A stretch of DNA of 64,000 nt from the NCBI GenBank assembly GCA_023262505.1, contig JALRAP010000002.1, positions 415 through 64,414 on the forward strand, given 5' to 3'. Position numbers and translations under genes: made by a program. Of this stretch, positions 1 to 9,844 are shown one piece after another. This stretch comes from Bacteroidia bacterium. Its GTDB lineage: Bacteria > Bacteroidota > Bacteroidia > AKYH767-A > OLB10. Each line of letters begins with the position of its first letter. Positions within the stretch are counted from its first letter, which is position 1. The notes below the pieces were generated by a model. It was not told where the DNA came from and searched no databases. It was given only the letters and a program-made list of their open reading frames with translations.

Positions 1-1256
1 TGCTGCCTAAGCTTTCGCGCATGGTTATCTACTACACTTAGGATAAGGTCCTTTTGCTCGCTTATGCGGTTATTAAGTTGCCTGGCCGACTCCGATTTAT
101 CAGTAACCTGACCAACCAATGAGTTTCTATCAGTGATTAACTCTTTAAGCTTGGCGGTTTCAAAAGCTAATTGAGTACTTTCATTTACTCCCGAAAGCTG
201 GAATAAGTAATCGTTCACATCTTTGAGTGCATTAATCTCGTTTTGAATTTTTTGGGCAACACTCAATTCGAAATTAACTTTGGCATATTCGTCTTCTAGT
301 ACAGATATTTTGGTAGTAACGTCAATTAATGATTGGTTCGGGTCGCTTATTTTATTGTTCTTTTTAAAAGATTCTAATTTGTCCTCGGAATTCATCAATT
401 CAGAATTGACCGAATTCAGCGTAGTATCCAGGAATACCAATACGCTATTGGCGGCCTCACTACTTTTCTCTACATCGTATTTATTAAATTGCTCAGCTAA
501 ATGGTTTGCAATGTCCGCCGCCTTTATGGCGTTTTTGTCGGTAACCTTTAAAACCACCGTGTTGGCATCCACATTCAATGGAATTACCGTCAATGATTTA
601 ATGATTCTCAGGGAATTTAGGTCCGGACTATTCAATACAAAATAATAGCCATTCGAGTTCAACTCACCATCTTCAGAAGTAATGTTGAAGTTTCCTCTTG
701 ACTTTAACACAAGAACGCCAAATGGTAGTTTGATCGACTTGCCTACATCAAGATTTTTAAGTATTTCCTTCTTACCATTATATGAAAAAGAGAGGTTATA
801 CTTACCACTGGAAATAAAGTCAACCAAAATGGGCTGATTCATGATGGAAGAATCTTGAATATCGACAGTGACTGAGAAAGGTGACCCTGAGTATAACTCA
901 AAATCAAGTACCCTTCCCTTGGAGAAATAGCTGACTCCAATATCCATTGAATTTACCACTCGTTGGGCTAAAACCTGTGATCGTATCAGCTCAATATCAC
1001 CTGCCAATTTTGTGGCATTATCATTCGGGTTGAAACTTCTTTGACCCAATACATTGATCGGCTGGTTCTCGTCATCCGAAAGTTTTAAGACGGTGTAAGC
1101 TTCAAAAAGTGGTGCTGTATATCTTATGTAGACAAATGCAATTGAAAAAGAGACTAAAATGAATAGCGCAAGCCAGATGGCGTTTTTCCGGGCTATTACG
1201 GAAAATAGTCTGAAATCAAAATCCTCGTTAAAGGCTCCTATTTTTTTCCTGGCCAT
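1..1256 (-). CDS. Polysaccharide chain-length determinant / Wzc-like protein, N-terminal part only (C-terminus beyond the left window edge)
   Basis: The minus-strand frame is open from the ATG at complement(1254..1256) to position 1. Translation reads MARKKIGAFNEDFDFRLFSVIARKNAIWLALFILVSFSIAFVYIRYTAPLFEAYTVLKLSD..., i.e. an N-terminal TM helix followed by a Wzz/GumC-like periplasmic domain. The listed plus-strand ORF 280..645 lies antisense to it. The neighbours are Wza-like and GT4 genes. Confidence 0.6.
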   Translation of the reverse strand, partial: MARKKIGAFNEDFDFRLFSVIARKNAIWLALFILVSFSIAFVYIRYTAPLFEAYTVLKLSDDENQPINVLGQRSFNPNDNATKLAGDIELIRSQVLAQRVVNSMDIGVSYFSKGRVLDFELYSGSPFSVTVDIQDSSIMNQPILVDFISSGKYNLSFSYNGKKEILKNLDVGKSIKLPFGVLVLKSRGNFNITSEDGELNSNGYYFVLNSPDLNSLRIIKSLTVIPLNVDANTVVLKVTDKNAIKAADIANHLAEQFNKYDVEKSSEAANSVLVFLDTTLNSVNSELMNSEDKLESFKKNNKISDPNQSLIDVTTKISVLEDEYAKVNFELSVAQKIQNEINALKDVNDYLFQLSGVNESTQLAFETAKLKELITDRNSLVGQVTDKSESARQLNNRISEQKDLILSVVDNHARKLRQ

Positions 1257-1281
1257 ATAGGTGGAAAATGAAATTTACTTA

Positions 1282-2064
1282 TTAAAAGTTCTTGTTTACC
1301 AGATCAAAAATGAACAAAACACTCACAATCAGTCCCACAACTGTAGAGACATCAGCTGAAATGTTCCTAGTTATTCCCTTCACTGAATCTATGTATATGA
1401 TATCATTTGCCTCGACTATCATTTGGCCTGATGAAATTCCTTCAGGCTTGGATAAGTCAACGTGGTAAATCTTATAGTCCGATCCTGCTTTTCTTACCAA
1501 TCTTACGCTTTTTGATTTCCCTTTATTGTCAATACCACCGGACATGGCTAAGGCCTCTATAAGAGTGGTCTTTTCATTAATCAATGTTACAACTTCTGCT
1601 GCACCACCATTTCCAGAAAAAATCACTACACGCCTGTTTACAACTTTGACTACAACGAACGGATCCACGTAATATTTCGAATACCGATCTTCTATAAGTT
1701 TTTCCGCTTGATCAATGGTTAGACCGCCTACACCAACATATCCTACCAAGGGAAGCCGGACGCCACCTTCGCTATCCACTTTGAGCTCATCCATTATGGA
1801 ACCTGTAACCCCACCCGTTCCACCATAAGTACCGCTAACTTCCACATTTGATATCCCAGCACTCAAATCAAGCAGCCTGGAGCCATTGTTTATAAGAACA
1901 CGGATTGAAATTTTATCAAATGGCGCAATTTTGTAATTTGTTACATTGGTTGCAGAGTCAGAAGCGAATTCGTAATCATGTGGCACCTTGAAAACTACAC
2001 TTGAGTTGTAATTGCAACTCGAAATGAATATTGCTAAAAAGATGAATATCAGTATCTTACGCAT
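1282..2064 (-). CDS. Polysaccharide export outer-membrane lipoprotein (Wza/Poly_export + SLBB-like)
   Basis: ATG at complement(2062..2064) gives MRKILIFIFLAIFISSC, a lipoprotein signal with Cys. The translation shows Poly_export-like segments (YKIAPFDKISIRVL) and Gly-rich SLBB-like segments. The track start at 2076 is a TTG further upstream. It lies between Wzc-like and GT4 genes. Confidence 0.65.
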   Translation of the reverse strand: MRKILIFIFLAIFISSCNYNSSVVFKVPHDYEFASDSATNVTNYKIAPFDKISIRVLINNGSRLLDLSAGISNVEVSGTYGGTGGVTGSIMDELKVDSEGGVRLPLVGYVGVGGLTIDQAEKLIEDRYSKYYVDPFVVVKVVNRRVVIFSGNGGAAEVVTLINEKTTLIEALAMSGGIDNKGKSKSVRLVRKAGSDYKIYHVDLSKPEGISSGQMIVEANDIIYIDSVKGITRNISADVSTVVGLIVSVLFIFDLVNKNF

Positions 2065-2124
2065 ATTTACCAACAAAATGCATTCTCAAAGTTAATAAAT
2101 AAATCCTTTGCCTTGATAATCAGG

Positions 2125-3318
2125 CTAATTGTGTTTTCCAAGTAAATCCCTGTAAACCAACCTAACATCATTCACAAGACGCTCAAAATGAAACTTTTGC
2201 TTTACAAAAGGCCATCCATTATCCGAAAATGATTTTCTTAAGCTTTCCGATTCAACTAAAAGCTTCAAGTTTTGAGCAAATGATTCCACATCTTGACTGT
2301 CAGACAATAACGCGGTTTGATTTTCAATGACTACATTGGCTATGCCACCTACATTTGTAGATACAATTGGCTTCCCAGCGGCTTGTGCTTCTATCAAACT
2401 GACCGGAGTGCCTTCATTCAAACTTGTTAAGGCTATCACATCGCAACCAGCCAAAGCGGTCTCAACTTCATAAATCCATGAAGTGAAAACCACATCAAAA
2501 TCAGTGTTGGGATTCTCAGCGGTTGAAACCTTGAGATTTTTGGAATGACAAAGCTCCTCCAGCATCTGGCGGTCCTCACCGTCTCCTACGATAACAGCTT
2601 TAATATTCAAGCTACAATTTTCCTTTACCTTTTGAAAAGCCTCCAGAAATAATGAGTGGTTTTTTATTGGCACTAATCTTCCGATGATTCCAATCGCAAC
2701 AGCGTCGTCAGGAATATAAAACTTTCGTCTGAAATCTGATCGAATATTTGGGTTCAACTCGTGGAATCGATTTAAATCAAAACCAAGAGGAACTACGTAT
2801 GTCTTATCAGATTTACAAACTTTATGGATTTCACGCAATTCGTGCTTTTGCAATTCGCTTATGGCAATGATGCCACTAGAAATAGCACTCAAACGACGTT
2901 CAATAAACTTGAAAACATTTGTTTTTAATGGTCCAAAATAGGAATGGAAAACATGGCCATGAAAGGTGTGTACAATTACAGGAACCTTGCAATACCAAGC
3001 CGCTATCCGTCCCAATGTACCGGCTTTGGCTGCATGGGTGTGCACGATTTCGGGTTTGAAGTCACGGATTATTTTAACTAATTGCCAAAATGCATTCCAA
3101 TCAGACTTGAGACTGATTTCCCTGCGCATATCACGAATAAAAACAGGCTTTATGCCTAGCCCTTCGACGATGAACTCTGAACTTTCCTCGCTTTCATCCT
3201 TCATTCCGGCAACCAATAGCGTCTCAAATTCAGGCTCCAGGTATTTGGTCAAATAGGCGGCATTGTACGTGGGTCCACCCAAATTCAGCCTGTTTATTAT
3301 ACGTAGAACTCTGGGCAT
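2125..3318 (-). CDS. Glycosyltransferase family 4 (GT-B fold, retaining)
   Basis: 397 aa. ATG at complement(3316..3318). The C-terminal region has the GT4 E-x7-E signature (NEGTPVSLIEAQAAGKPIV) and the N-terminus has the Gly-rich GT-B motif (RLNLGGPT). Confidence 0.8.
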   Translation of the reverse strand: MPRVLRIINRLNLGGPTYNAAYLTKYLEPEFETLLVAGMKDESEESSEFIVEGLGIKPVFIRDMRREISLKSDWNAFWQLVKIIRDFKPEIVHTHAAKAGTLGRIAAWYCKVPVIVHTFHGHVFHSYFGPLKTNVFKFIERRLSAISSGIIAISELQKHELREIHKVCKSDKTYVVPLGFDLNRFHELNPNIRSDFRRKFYIPDDAVAIGIIGRLVPIKNHSLFLEAFQKVKENCSLNIKAVIVGDGEDRQMLEELCHSKNLKVSTAENPNTDFDVVFTSWIYEVETALAGCDVIALTSLNEGTPVSLIEAQAAGKPIVSTNVGGIANVVIENQTALLSDSQDVESFAQNLKLLVESESLRKSFSDNGWPFVKQKFHFERLVNDVRLVYRDLLGKHN

Positions 3319-3324
3319 GACCTT

Positions 3325-5226
3325 CTAAATAGTTGGTTGATATTTTTTGAACCAGTATTGAAAAACTATTAGTCCCCAAATCCTAGCCTCAATGTCACCG
3401 GGGTCGCGGCTGTACAATTTTGTCTTCAATTCTTGAATTGACTTTAAGTCGAACAATCCCTGATCAGCAATAAATCTATCACTTAAAAGATCGTCGGTAA
3501 TGAGTGATTTCAATCCAGTTTTAAACCATTTCAATAAAGGTACTTCGAATCCATGCTTTGGTCGGGTGAATAGCTCTTGAGGCAATTCATTTCGGAACGC
3601 CTCGCGCAATACCAGTTTTCCTTTCGACTTATTGATGCGTAAACTACTAGGAAGATTCATTGCAAAGTCTACGACGCGGTAATCCAAAAACGGAACCCGT
3701 ACCTCCAACGAATTGGCCATAGACATCAAATCTACCTTCACAAGCATATCTCCAGGTAAAACCAATCCCATGTCCATCCTGAAAACCTTTTCCATGGAGG
3801 AGGCATCATCGAGTTGACCTAGTAAAATTTTACGACGAGATTCCACAAGTTTTTCTTCGACGGTTGGACGTATAAAACCATCTAATTCGCCACTCTTAGT
3901 ATATCCACACCACCGCCAATACCTATCCACAGCGGATAAATTAGCCCCCTCGGCAAGTCGATGAAGTTTCCTGATGCTATTCACTAATTTACCACCCCTT
4001 CCTCCATGGAAAGGAAATAGAAGGGGGGAAGCTATTCTGGATATAAGCGGCAATAGGCTGCCGGATTTAAACATCAATTCCGCTCTGTGTTTGTTGTATC
4101 CGCCGAGCATTTCGTCGGCACCATCGCCCGAAAGGGCCACTTTTACATGCTTGGAAGTCCGATTGCAAAGTATCTGAACGGCTAGAGCCGAAGAGTCGGC
4201 AAATGGATCATCCAAATAATCCAAAACACGATAAAGCTCCTCGAAAAGATCGTCAGAGGTCAATTTGAATTCGGTGTGTTCGGTCTTGAATTTATCGGCA
4301 ACCATCCTTGCATAAACAGTCTCATCATATGCGGGCTCATCTTTGAATCCAATGGAAAAAGTATTTAGCTTTTTCACGTGGCGTGATGCCAAGGCCACGA
4401 CAGCTGACGAGTCGATACCGCCACTCAGGAACGCGCCCAACGGGACATCAGATACCAATCGCAGTTTAACCGAATCTTCCAATAATTCAAAAAGCTTCGT
4501 TGAGGCCTCACTCAAATCACTTTTGTATGAAATGGAATCAGGGGAAGGCATTTCATAATAGCGCCCCACCGACTTGCTGAAATCTCCATTGATATTGAAC
4601 TTAGCCCATGTTCCAGGCTTCAATTTGCAAACATCTTGAAGCATGGTGAAATTATCGGGCACATAATTCAAGTGCAAGTAATGCTTCAAGGAAACTCGAT
4701 CAATTTTTTTCGGGATACCGGCACTGCAAAGGGCTTTCATTTCACTCGAAAACACAATTGCATCTTGGGTTTCGTAAATCAATAATGGTTTTATTCCAAA
4801 ACGATCTCGAGCCAAAAACAGAGACTTATCCTTCCGGTCGTAGATCGCCAAAGCGAAAAAACCATTGACAAGCTTGAGGAAATCAGTTCCGTGTTTTGCA
4901 TACAACTTCAAAAGAACTTCGGTATCTGTTGAAGTTCGAAACGAATGGCCTTCACTTTCCAAATGCCGACGATGTTCCTTGAAATTGAAAAATTCGCCAT
5001 TGAAAACAATTACATAACGATCCGTATCATCGAGCATTGGCTGATTTCCGGCATCGGACGTATCCAAAATGGCTAGTCTACGGTGACCAAGAGCAACAGC
5101 CCCCTCAAACCATGTCCCATCATGATCAGGTCCCCGGCTTTGGATGCATCGGTTCATTTCACCGACCCTTGAAAGGAAATGGCTTCCTTCAGAGGTTAAT
5201 GCCAATACGCCGTTTATTCCGCACAT
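3325..5226 (-). CDS. asnB: Asparagine synthase (glutamine-hydrolysing), AsnB family amidotransferase
   Basis: 633 aa. Starts MCGINGV, with the catalytic Cys2 of a class-II glutamine amidotransferase. It carries the PP-loop ATP pyrophosphatase motif SGGIDSS. AsnB-like genes are common in Bacteroidota surface-polysaccharide loci. Confidence 0.8.
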   Translation of the reverse strand: MCGINGVLALTSEGSHFLSRVGEMNRCIQSRGPDHDGTWFEGAVALGHRRLAILDTSDAGNQPMLDDTDRYVIVFNGEFFNFKEHRRHLESEGHSFRTSTDTEVLLKLYAKHGTDFLKLVNGFFALAIYDRKDKSLFLARDRFGIKPLLIYETQDAIVFSSEMKALCSAGIPKKIDRVSLKHYLHLNYVPDNFTMLQDVCKLKPGTWAKFNINGDFSKSVGRYYEMPSPDSISYKSDLSEASTKLFELLEDSVKLRLVSDVPLGAFLSGGIDSSAVVALASRHVKKLNTFSIGFKDEPAYDETVYARMVADKFKTEHTEFKLTSDDLFEELYRVLDYLDDPFADSSALAVQILCNRTSKHVKVALSGDGADEMLGGYNKHRAELMFKSGSLLPLISRIASPLLFPFHGGRGGKLVNSIRKLHRLAEGANLSAVDRYWRWCGYTKSGELDGFIRPTVEEKLVESRRKILLGQLDDASSMEKVFRMDMGLVLPGDMLVKVDLMSMANSLEVRVPFLDYRVVDFAMNLPSSLRINKSKGKLVLREAFRNELPQELFTRPKHGFEVPLLKWFKTGLKSLITDDLLSDRFIADQGLFDLKSIQELKTKLYSRDPGDIEARIWGLIVFQYWFKKYQPTI

Positions 5227-5245
5227 GGTTGACTACTTGTATATT

Positions 5246-5773
5246 TTACGGATTTTCAAAATTCAAAGTCCTCCTGATCTGACGTTCATAATCTTCTCGA
5301 GTTCTAACACCTTTTATTATCGGAGTTAGATTAGTTCCATCACTTATGACCATGCCGAAGGATTCGCTGAAAGTAGAAAGAATAATCATTTTGGGGGCAC
5401 TGTTTGAATTGCCATAAATTCTGACATGTCCAGCCGTAGTCATAGAGGCCTTGGCTTGAGGGGTTATCGAACCGATTGAGTCAATTAACGATTGAGCAAT
5501 TTGGTTGAACATTTGAAGAGCATTTACGTCGATTTTACGTTCCTTTATAATAGCTTCAGATGGTCCAAAAAAAAGAATGTGTTTTCCGACCAAGTTAATC
5601 GTGTCGCCCACAACTGAAAGATTCTCAAGATTTACCTCGTTAACCTTAGTCTTGCTATTTTCAACTTGATTGGATTTCATATTTTGATCGACATCCTTTT
5701 GTTGATCACCACATGAACCCACCAACCAAGAAAAAAGGAAAAGAACATATAGTTTTATAAGGCTTTTTATCAT
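5246..5773 (-). CDS. Hypothetical lipoprotein
   Basis: 175 aa. ATG at complement(5771..5773). N-terminus MIKSLIKLYVLFLFSWLVGSCGD is a signal peptide with a lipobox-like Cys. No recognisable catalytic motif. Confidence 0.45.
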   Translation of the reverse strand: MIKSLIKLYVLFLFSWLVGSCGDQQKDVDQNMKSNQVENSKTKVNEVNLENLSVVGDTINLVGKHILFFGPSEAIIKERKIDVNALQMFNQIAQSLIDSIGSITPQAKASMTTAGHVRIYGNSNSAPKMIILSTFSESFGMVISDGTNLTPIIKGVRTREDYERQIRRTLNFENP

Positions 5774-5940
5774 TCTTTTGTGTTTATATTATTGAATATA
5801 AGCTAATTATAGTATTCAGAATAGGTCTTATTGATTGGATTTGAACTATTTAGCAAATCTAATTCTACCATTTATATTTCTTATTCTGACTAGATCTTTA
5901 TTTTGCACATAGAATTGATGATAAAATTACAGTAAACAAC

Positions 5941-8900
5941 ATGAGTAGGGTCCAGAGAAACATGATTGAATTTTTTACTTCAATGATTTTTATGTTTTCA
6001 TCATTATCGTGTCTGTATGCTCAATCAGAAAGCAGCTATTTTCAGCAAAAGCTCGGCTACAAAATAAAAGCTAGATTGGATGATGTAACCCAGACCGTTC
6101 ATGGATACGTTGAAATTCAGTATACCAACCAATCATCAAATAGCCTTGACACCATATGGTTTCATTTGTGGCCTAACGCATATTCAGGAAGAAACACGCC
6201 TCTTTGCAAGCAAAAACTGAATCATCGTGATGCTTCATTATACTTTGCTGAGGAATCAGCCTTGGGAAGAATTGATTCAATTTCATTCACCGTTGATGGT
6301 ATACCTGTTAAAACCCAATACAATGGCCAAAGCTCTGAAATGGTCGCATTGGTTCTGAACAAAAAACTCAGAAGCGGACAATCTACAACCATTACAACTC
6401 CATTTAAAGTCAAAGTTCCTGACGCTAAATTTTCAAGAATGGGTAGGGAAGGGGATGCTTACTATATGACCCAATGGTACCCTAAACCTGCAGTCTATGA
6501 TAGCAGAGGTTGGCATCCTATGCCGTACCTCGATCAAGGTGAATTCTATTCAGAGTTTGGTGACTATGATGTGGAGCTCGACGTTGCATCCAACTACATC
6601 GTTGCTGCCTCCGGAGTGCTTTTGAATGAACAGGAAAACGAAAATCTGAGGAAGTTAAGCTCCGTATACGGAACGTCAAATCAAACATCTATTATATCAG
6701 CCGCTACCTCATCTGAAAGAAAAACCTTACGGTATCGCCTTGAAAACGCCCATGATTTCGCCTGGTTTGCCGATAAGCAATTTCAAGTCAGTCTTGATAC
6801 TGTAACATTAGCATCCGGTAAAAAAGTAGCCATTGCAGTTTATCACACGCCTAAAAAACAAGAGCTATGGAAAGATGCGAATTCATATTCAGCCAACGGA
6901 CTTAAATTCCTATCAGATGCAATCGGTGATTACCCTTACGAGACGTTTACGGTTGTAGATGGCAGGATTTCCGCTGGTGGCGGGATGGAGTACCCGTCAA
7001 TAACCATTCTGAATTCACCATCCAATGCTGAGAGTTTGGAGCGTGTCTTGGTGCATGAATTAGGACATAATTGGTTTTACGGCGCTTTGGCGAGCAATGA
7101 GAGGGATAATCCATGGATGGATGAGGGCATTAACAGTTATTATGAACAATTGTACATGGCGAAAGCCAGGATAAGTGATCCAGCATCTCAGAAAGGTCTA
7201 TTTTCAAATCAAGTAGAAAAAATACTTGGACAATCCCTGAATGAAGATTCCTTGATGAATTTGTTTTTTGACTTAGCGTCTTACGATCATCAGGATCAAC
7301 CTATCGCAACCAAGTCTGATGAATTTACATTCTTTAATTATGGCGCTATCGCATATATGAAGACTGCAAAAGCCTTTGATTTCCTATTTGATTACTTGGG
7401 GGAAGAATTGGCATCAAGATGCATGCATGATTATTACAACGAATGGAAATTTCGACATCCACAGCCTGAAGACATACAAAGGTCATTTGAAAGAACCTCC
7501 AGCATGAATTTAGATTGGTTTTTCAAAGACTTGCTCACCACAAATGCCCCACTGCGCCTATCTGTAAGATCAACTGAAATTGACAAACGAATCAATATTT
7601 TGAGGAGAAATGGGCCAGAAACACCCATTCAAATAATTGATAAAAATGGTGTCAATATATGGATACCTCCATTTCAAAAGGATACGGCAATTAATGTTTC
7701 CAATTTTAGTTTTCCAATAAGCATCAACACGGAATACGAGTCGGTTTTAAAACAGAACAATTTGCGTGTTGGAATGTCTGTAAATCGAATCTTACCGAAG
7801 CCACATTTAAGACTATTTACCAGCCTGGTCGATGAACCTAACAGTTATAATTTAACCTTAGCTCCTGCAATAGGATGGAATACCTATGACAATTTCATGG
7901 CAGGCATTTATTTTTCGAACCGTAAAGTGGTGCCCCGAGCTTTTGAATTTTCGTTAACTCCTTTGTATTCCACTCAAAGATCTGACATCTCAGGATCCTT
8001 CATGAGTGCTTATCACTACTGGCCTGTAAATAGCACTTTGAAAGAGGTTGAACTTATGTTCAGTGGCTCGTCTTATGGTTATGATTACTATGAAAACAAT
8101 ACTACATCAGCCTTCGCTTTTGAAAAAACGTTGGTATATAGGCGTGCCACAGCCGGATTGAACTTCAAATTGAGAAATATCGACATTCATTCAAGGTCGA
8201 ATAAACAGTTTTCCCTGAGATTTATTAACCTCAGGACTGAAGAAGCGGTTTTTCAAGTTAGCCAACGCACCATCACGAGGGAGTTCAAATCTGATCCACG
8301 AAACTTCGGAGTTTTGGGATTTGAGAACCAAAACGATCGGAAACTAGATCCATTCTCGTACTCTTTAAACCTGACTGGCTCTGATGACCATGTCAAGTTT
8401 TTCACTGAGTTCAAATACCGTTTCAACTATAAAAAAGAGCGAAAGGGTCTTGATGTCCGTTTCTTTGCCGGTACATTCCTTTACAACAAGACAATAAGGA
8501 ATTATAACTTTAAAATGAGTTCATGGAGAGGTGCCGACGATTATCTGTTTGATGGTATTTACCTTGGTCGAAATGAATTAGAGGGGCTATGGAGCCGCCA
8601 AATGTTGGTTAGAGACGGAGGTTTTATCACACCCATGGCGCTTGGGCAATCAAGTAAATGGCTAACGGCACTTCATTTATCCTCTGATAACCCAACCCCA
8701 ATCCCCATCAGACCTTTCCTTAATATAGGAACTTATGAAGGCATAAACAGGGTCTTTCCAGATATCAAAAGCCCATTTATGTATGAGGGTGGATTGACCT
8801 TTTCAATCGTCAAAGGAATTGCTGAAGTGCACTTCCCATTATTTAACTCTGCAGACATTGACAGGACTTTGGACGTAAATAATGTTAAGTTTGCTGAAAA

Positions 8901-8976
8901 AATCCGGTTCGTGTTGGATCTATCAAAGTTGTCGTTCGACCAATTGCGAAGCAAAATCATTAACCGTATACGATGA
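5941..8976 (+). CDS. Secreted M1-family zinc metallopeptidase (gluzincin; HExxH...E) with long C-terminal extension
   Basis: 1011 aa. ATG at 5941; an alternative start at MIEFF is 21 nt downstream. Hydrophobic N-terminal signal ...MIFMFSSLSCLYAQ. The motif VLVHELGHNWFYG followed about 18 residues later by WMDEG is the M1 HExxH-x18-E zinc-binding signature. Confidence 0.7.
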   Translation: MSRVQRNMIEFFTSMIFMFSSLSCLYAQSESSYFQQKLGYKIKARLDDVTQTVHGYVEIQYTNQSSNSLDTIWFHLWPNAYSGRNTPLCKQKLNHRDASLYFAEESALGRIDSISFTVDGIPVKTQYNGQSSEMVALVLNKKLRSGQSTTITTPFKVKVPDAKFSRMGREGDAYYMTQWYPKPAVYDSRGWHPMPYLDQGEFYSEFGDYDVELDVASNYIVAASGVLLNEQENENLRKLSSVYGTSNQTSIISAATSSERKTLRYRLENAHDFAWFADKQFQVSLDTVTLASGKKVAIAVYHTPKKQELWKDANSYSANGLKFLSDAIGDYPYETFTVVDGRISAGGGMEYPSITILNSPSNAESLERVLVHELGHNWFYGALASNERDNPWMDEGINSYYEQLYMAKARISDPASQKGLFSNQVEKILGQSLNEDSLMNLFFDLASYDHQDQPIATKSDEFTFFNYGAIAYMKTAKAFDFLFDYLGEELASRCMHDYYNEWKFRHPQPEDIQRSFERTSSMNLDWFFKDLLTTNAPLRLSVRSTEIDKRINILRRNGPETPIQIIDKNGVNIWIPPFQKDTAINVSNFSFPISINTEYESVLKQNNLRVGMSVNRILPKPHLRLFTSLVDEPNSYNLTLAPAIGWNTYDNFMAGIYFSNRKVVPRAFEFSLTPLYSTQRSDISGSFMSAYHYWPVNSTLKEVELMFSGSSYGYDYYENNTTSAFAFEKTLVYRRATAGLNFKLRNIDIHSRSNKQFSLRFINLRTEEAVFQVSQRTITREFKSDPRNFGVLGFENQNDRKLDPFSYSLNLTGSDDHVKFFTEFKYRFNYKKERKGLDVRFFAGTFLYNKTIRNYNFKMSSWRGADDYLFDGIYLGRNELEGLWSRQMLVRDGGFITPMALGQSSKWLTALHLSSDNPTPIPIRPFLNIGTYEGINRVFPDIKSPFMYEGGLTFSIVKGIAEVHFPLFNSADIDRTLDVNNVKFAEKIRFVLDLSKLSFDQLRSKIINRIR

Positions 8977-9728
8977 GCGGAAATCGTCAAAACATATATT
9001 TCTTATCCGATTTTCATCTAGGCGTTCCTACCGTCCAATCTAGCAAGGATAGAGAGGCTAGGATAGTAAAATGGTTAGACGAAGTAGAAGATAGCGCCGC
9101 TGAAATTTACCTATTGGGAGATGTATTTGATTTTTGGTTCGAATACAGGCACACTGTGCCCAAAGGTTACACCCGCTTACTGGGTAAGTTGGCCTCTATC
9201 GCTGATAAGGGAATAAAGCTGCATTATTTTACCGGAAATCACGACATGTGGGTCTTTGATTATTTTCCGAACGAAATCGGTTGCCAAGTATACAAGGATC
9301 CAGTGATTCGAGTCATTAACGGTAAAAGATTTTATATCGCACATGGCGATGGATTAGGACCAGGTGATCATGGATACAAATTCATTAAAAAGGTTTTTGC
9401 GAATCCAATATGCCAATGGCTATTTAGATGGATGCATCCTGATTTGGGAATTCCACTAGCCAATTATTTCTCTAAGCGGAGCAGGATAGCGACTGGAGAT
9501 TCGGATGAAAAATACCTTGGCGATGACCAAGAATGGCTTGTTCAATATTGCAAGTCACTTCAAGAAAAGGATTCATTTGACTACATGATTTTTGGTCATA
9601 GACACCTCCCTTTGGATATGATAATCGATGGTAAAGGCAGGTATATCAATCTAGGAGAATGGATCAACCATAACACCTTTGCCGTTTTTGATGGTTCTGA
9701 CGTAAAATTGTCAGCATACAAAACTTAG
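8973..9728 (+). CDS. lpxH: UDP-2,3-diacylglucosamine diphosphatase (LpxH family calcineurin-like phosphoesterase)
   Basis: 251 aa. The ATG at 8973 overlaps the stop of the upstream gene (ATGA). Motifs are collinear with E. coli LpxH: DFHLG, YLLGDVFD, GNHD, HGD and GHRH. Confidence 0.65.
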   Translation: MSGNRQNIYFLSDFHLGVPTVQSSKDREARIVKWLDEVEDSAAEIYLLGDVFDFWFEYRHTVPKGYTRLLGKLASIADKGIKLHYFTGNHDMWVFDYFPNEIGCQVYKDPVIRVINGKRFYIAHGDGLGPGDHGYKFIKKVFANPICQWLFRWMHPDLGIPLANYFSKRSRIATGDSDEKYLGDDQEWLVQYCKSLQEKDSFDYMIFGHRHLPLDMIIDGKGRYINLGEWINHNTFAVFDGSDVKLSAYKT

Positions 9729-9844
9729 CTACTAGCTGAATATCAGCCACATAATCCTTTTGGGATGTTGGCTTTTTTCATGAATGCAATTTGCTCTTAT
9801 GTCTAGTATGAACTACATTAGAGCCTCTCACAAATCAACCATTT

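Noticed and set aside
280-645. 121-aa plus-strand ORF at the left end
   Set aside because: It lies entirely antisense to a well-supported minus-strand Wzc-like gene (open frame 1..1256 with coherent TM plus periplasmic-domain translation). The sequence is low-complexity Ser/Thr/Leu-rich, the usual shadow-ORF look.
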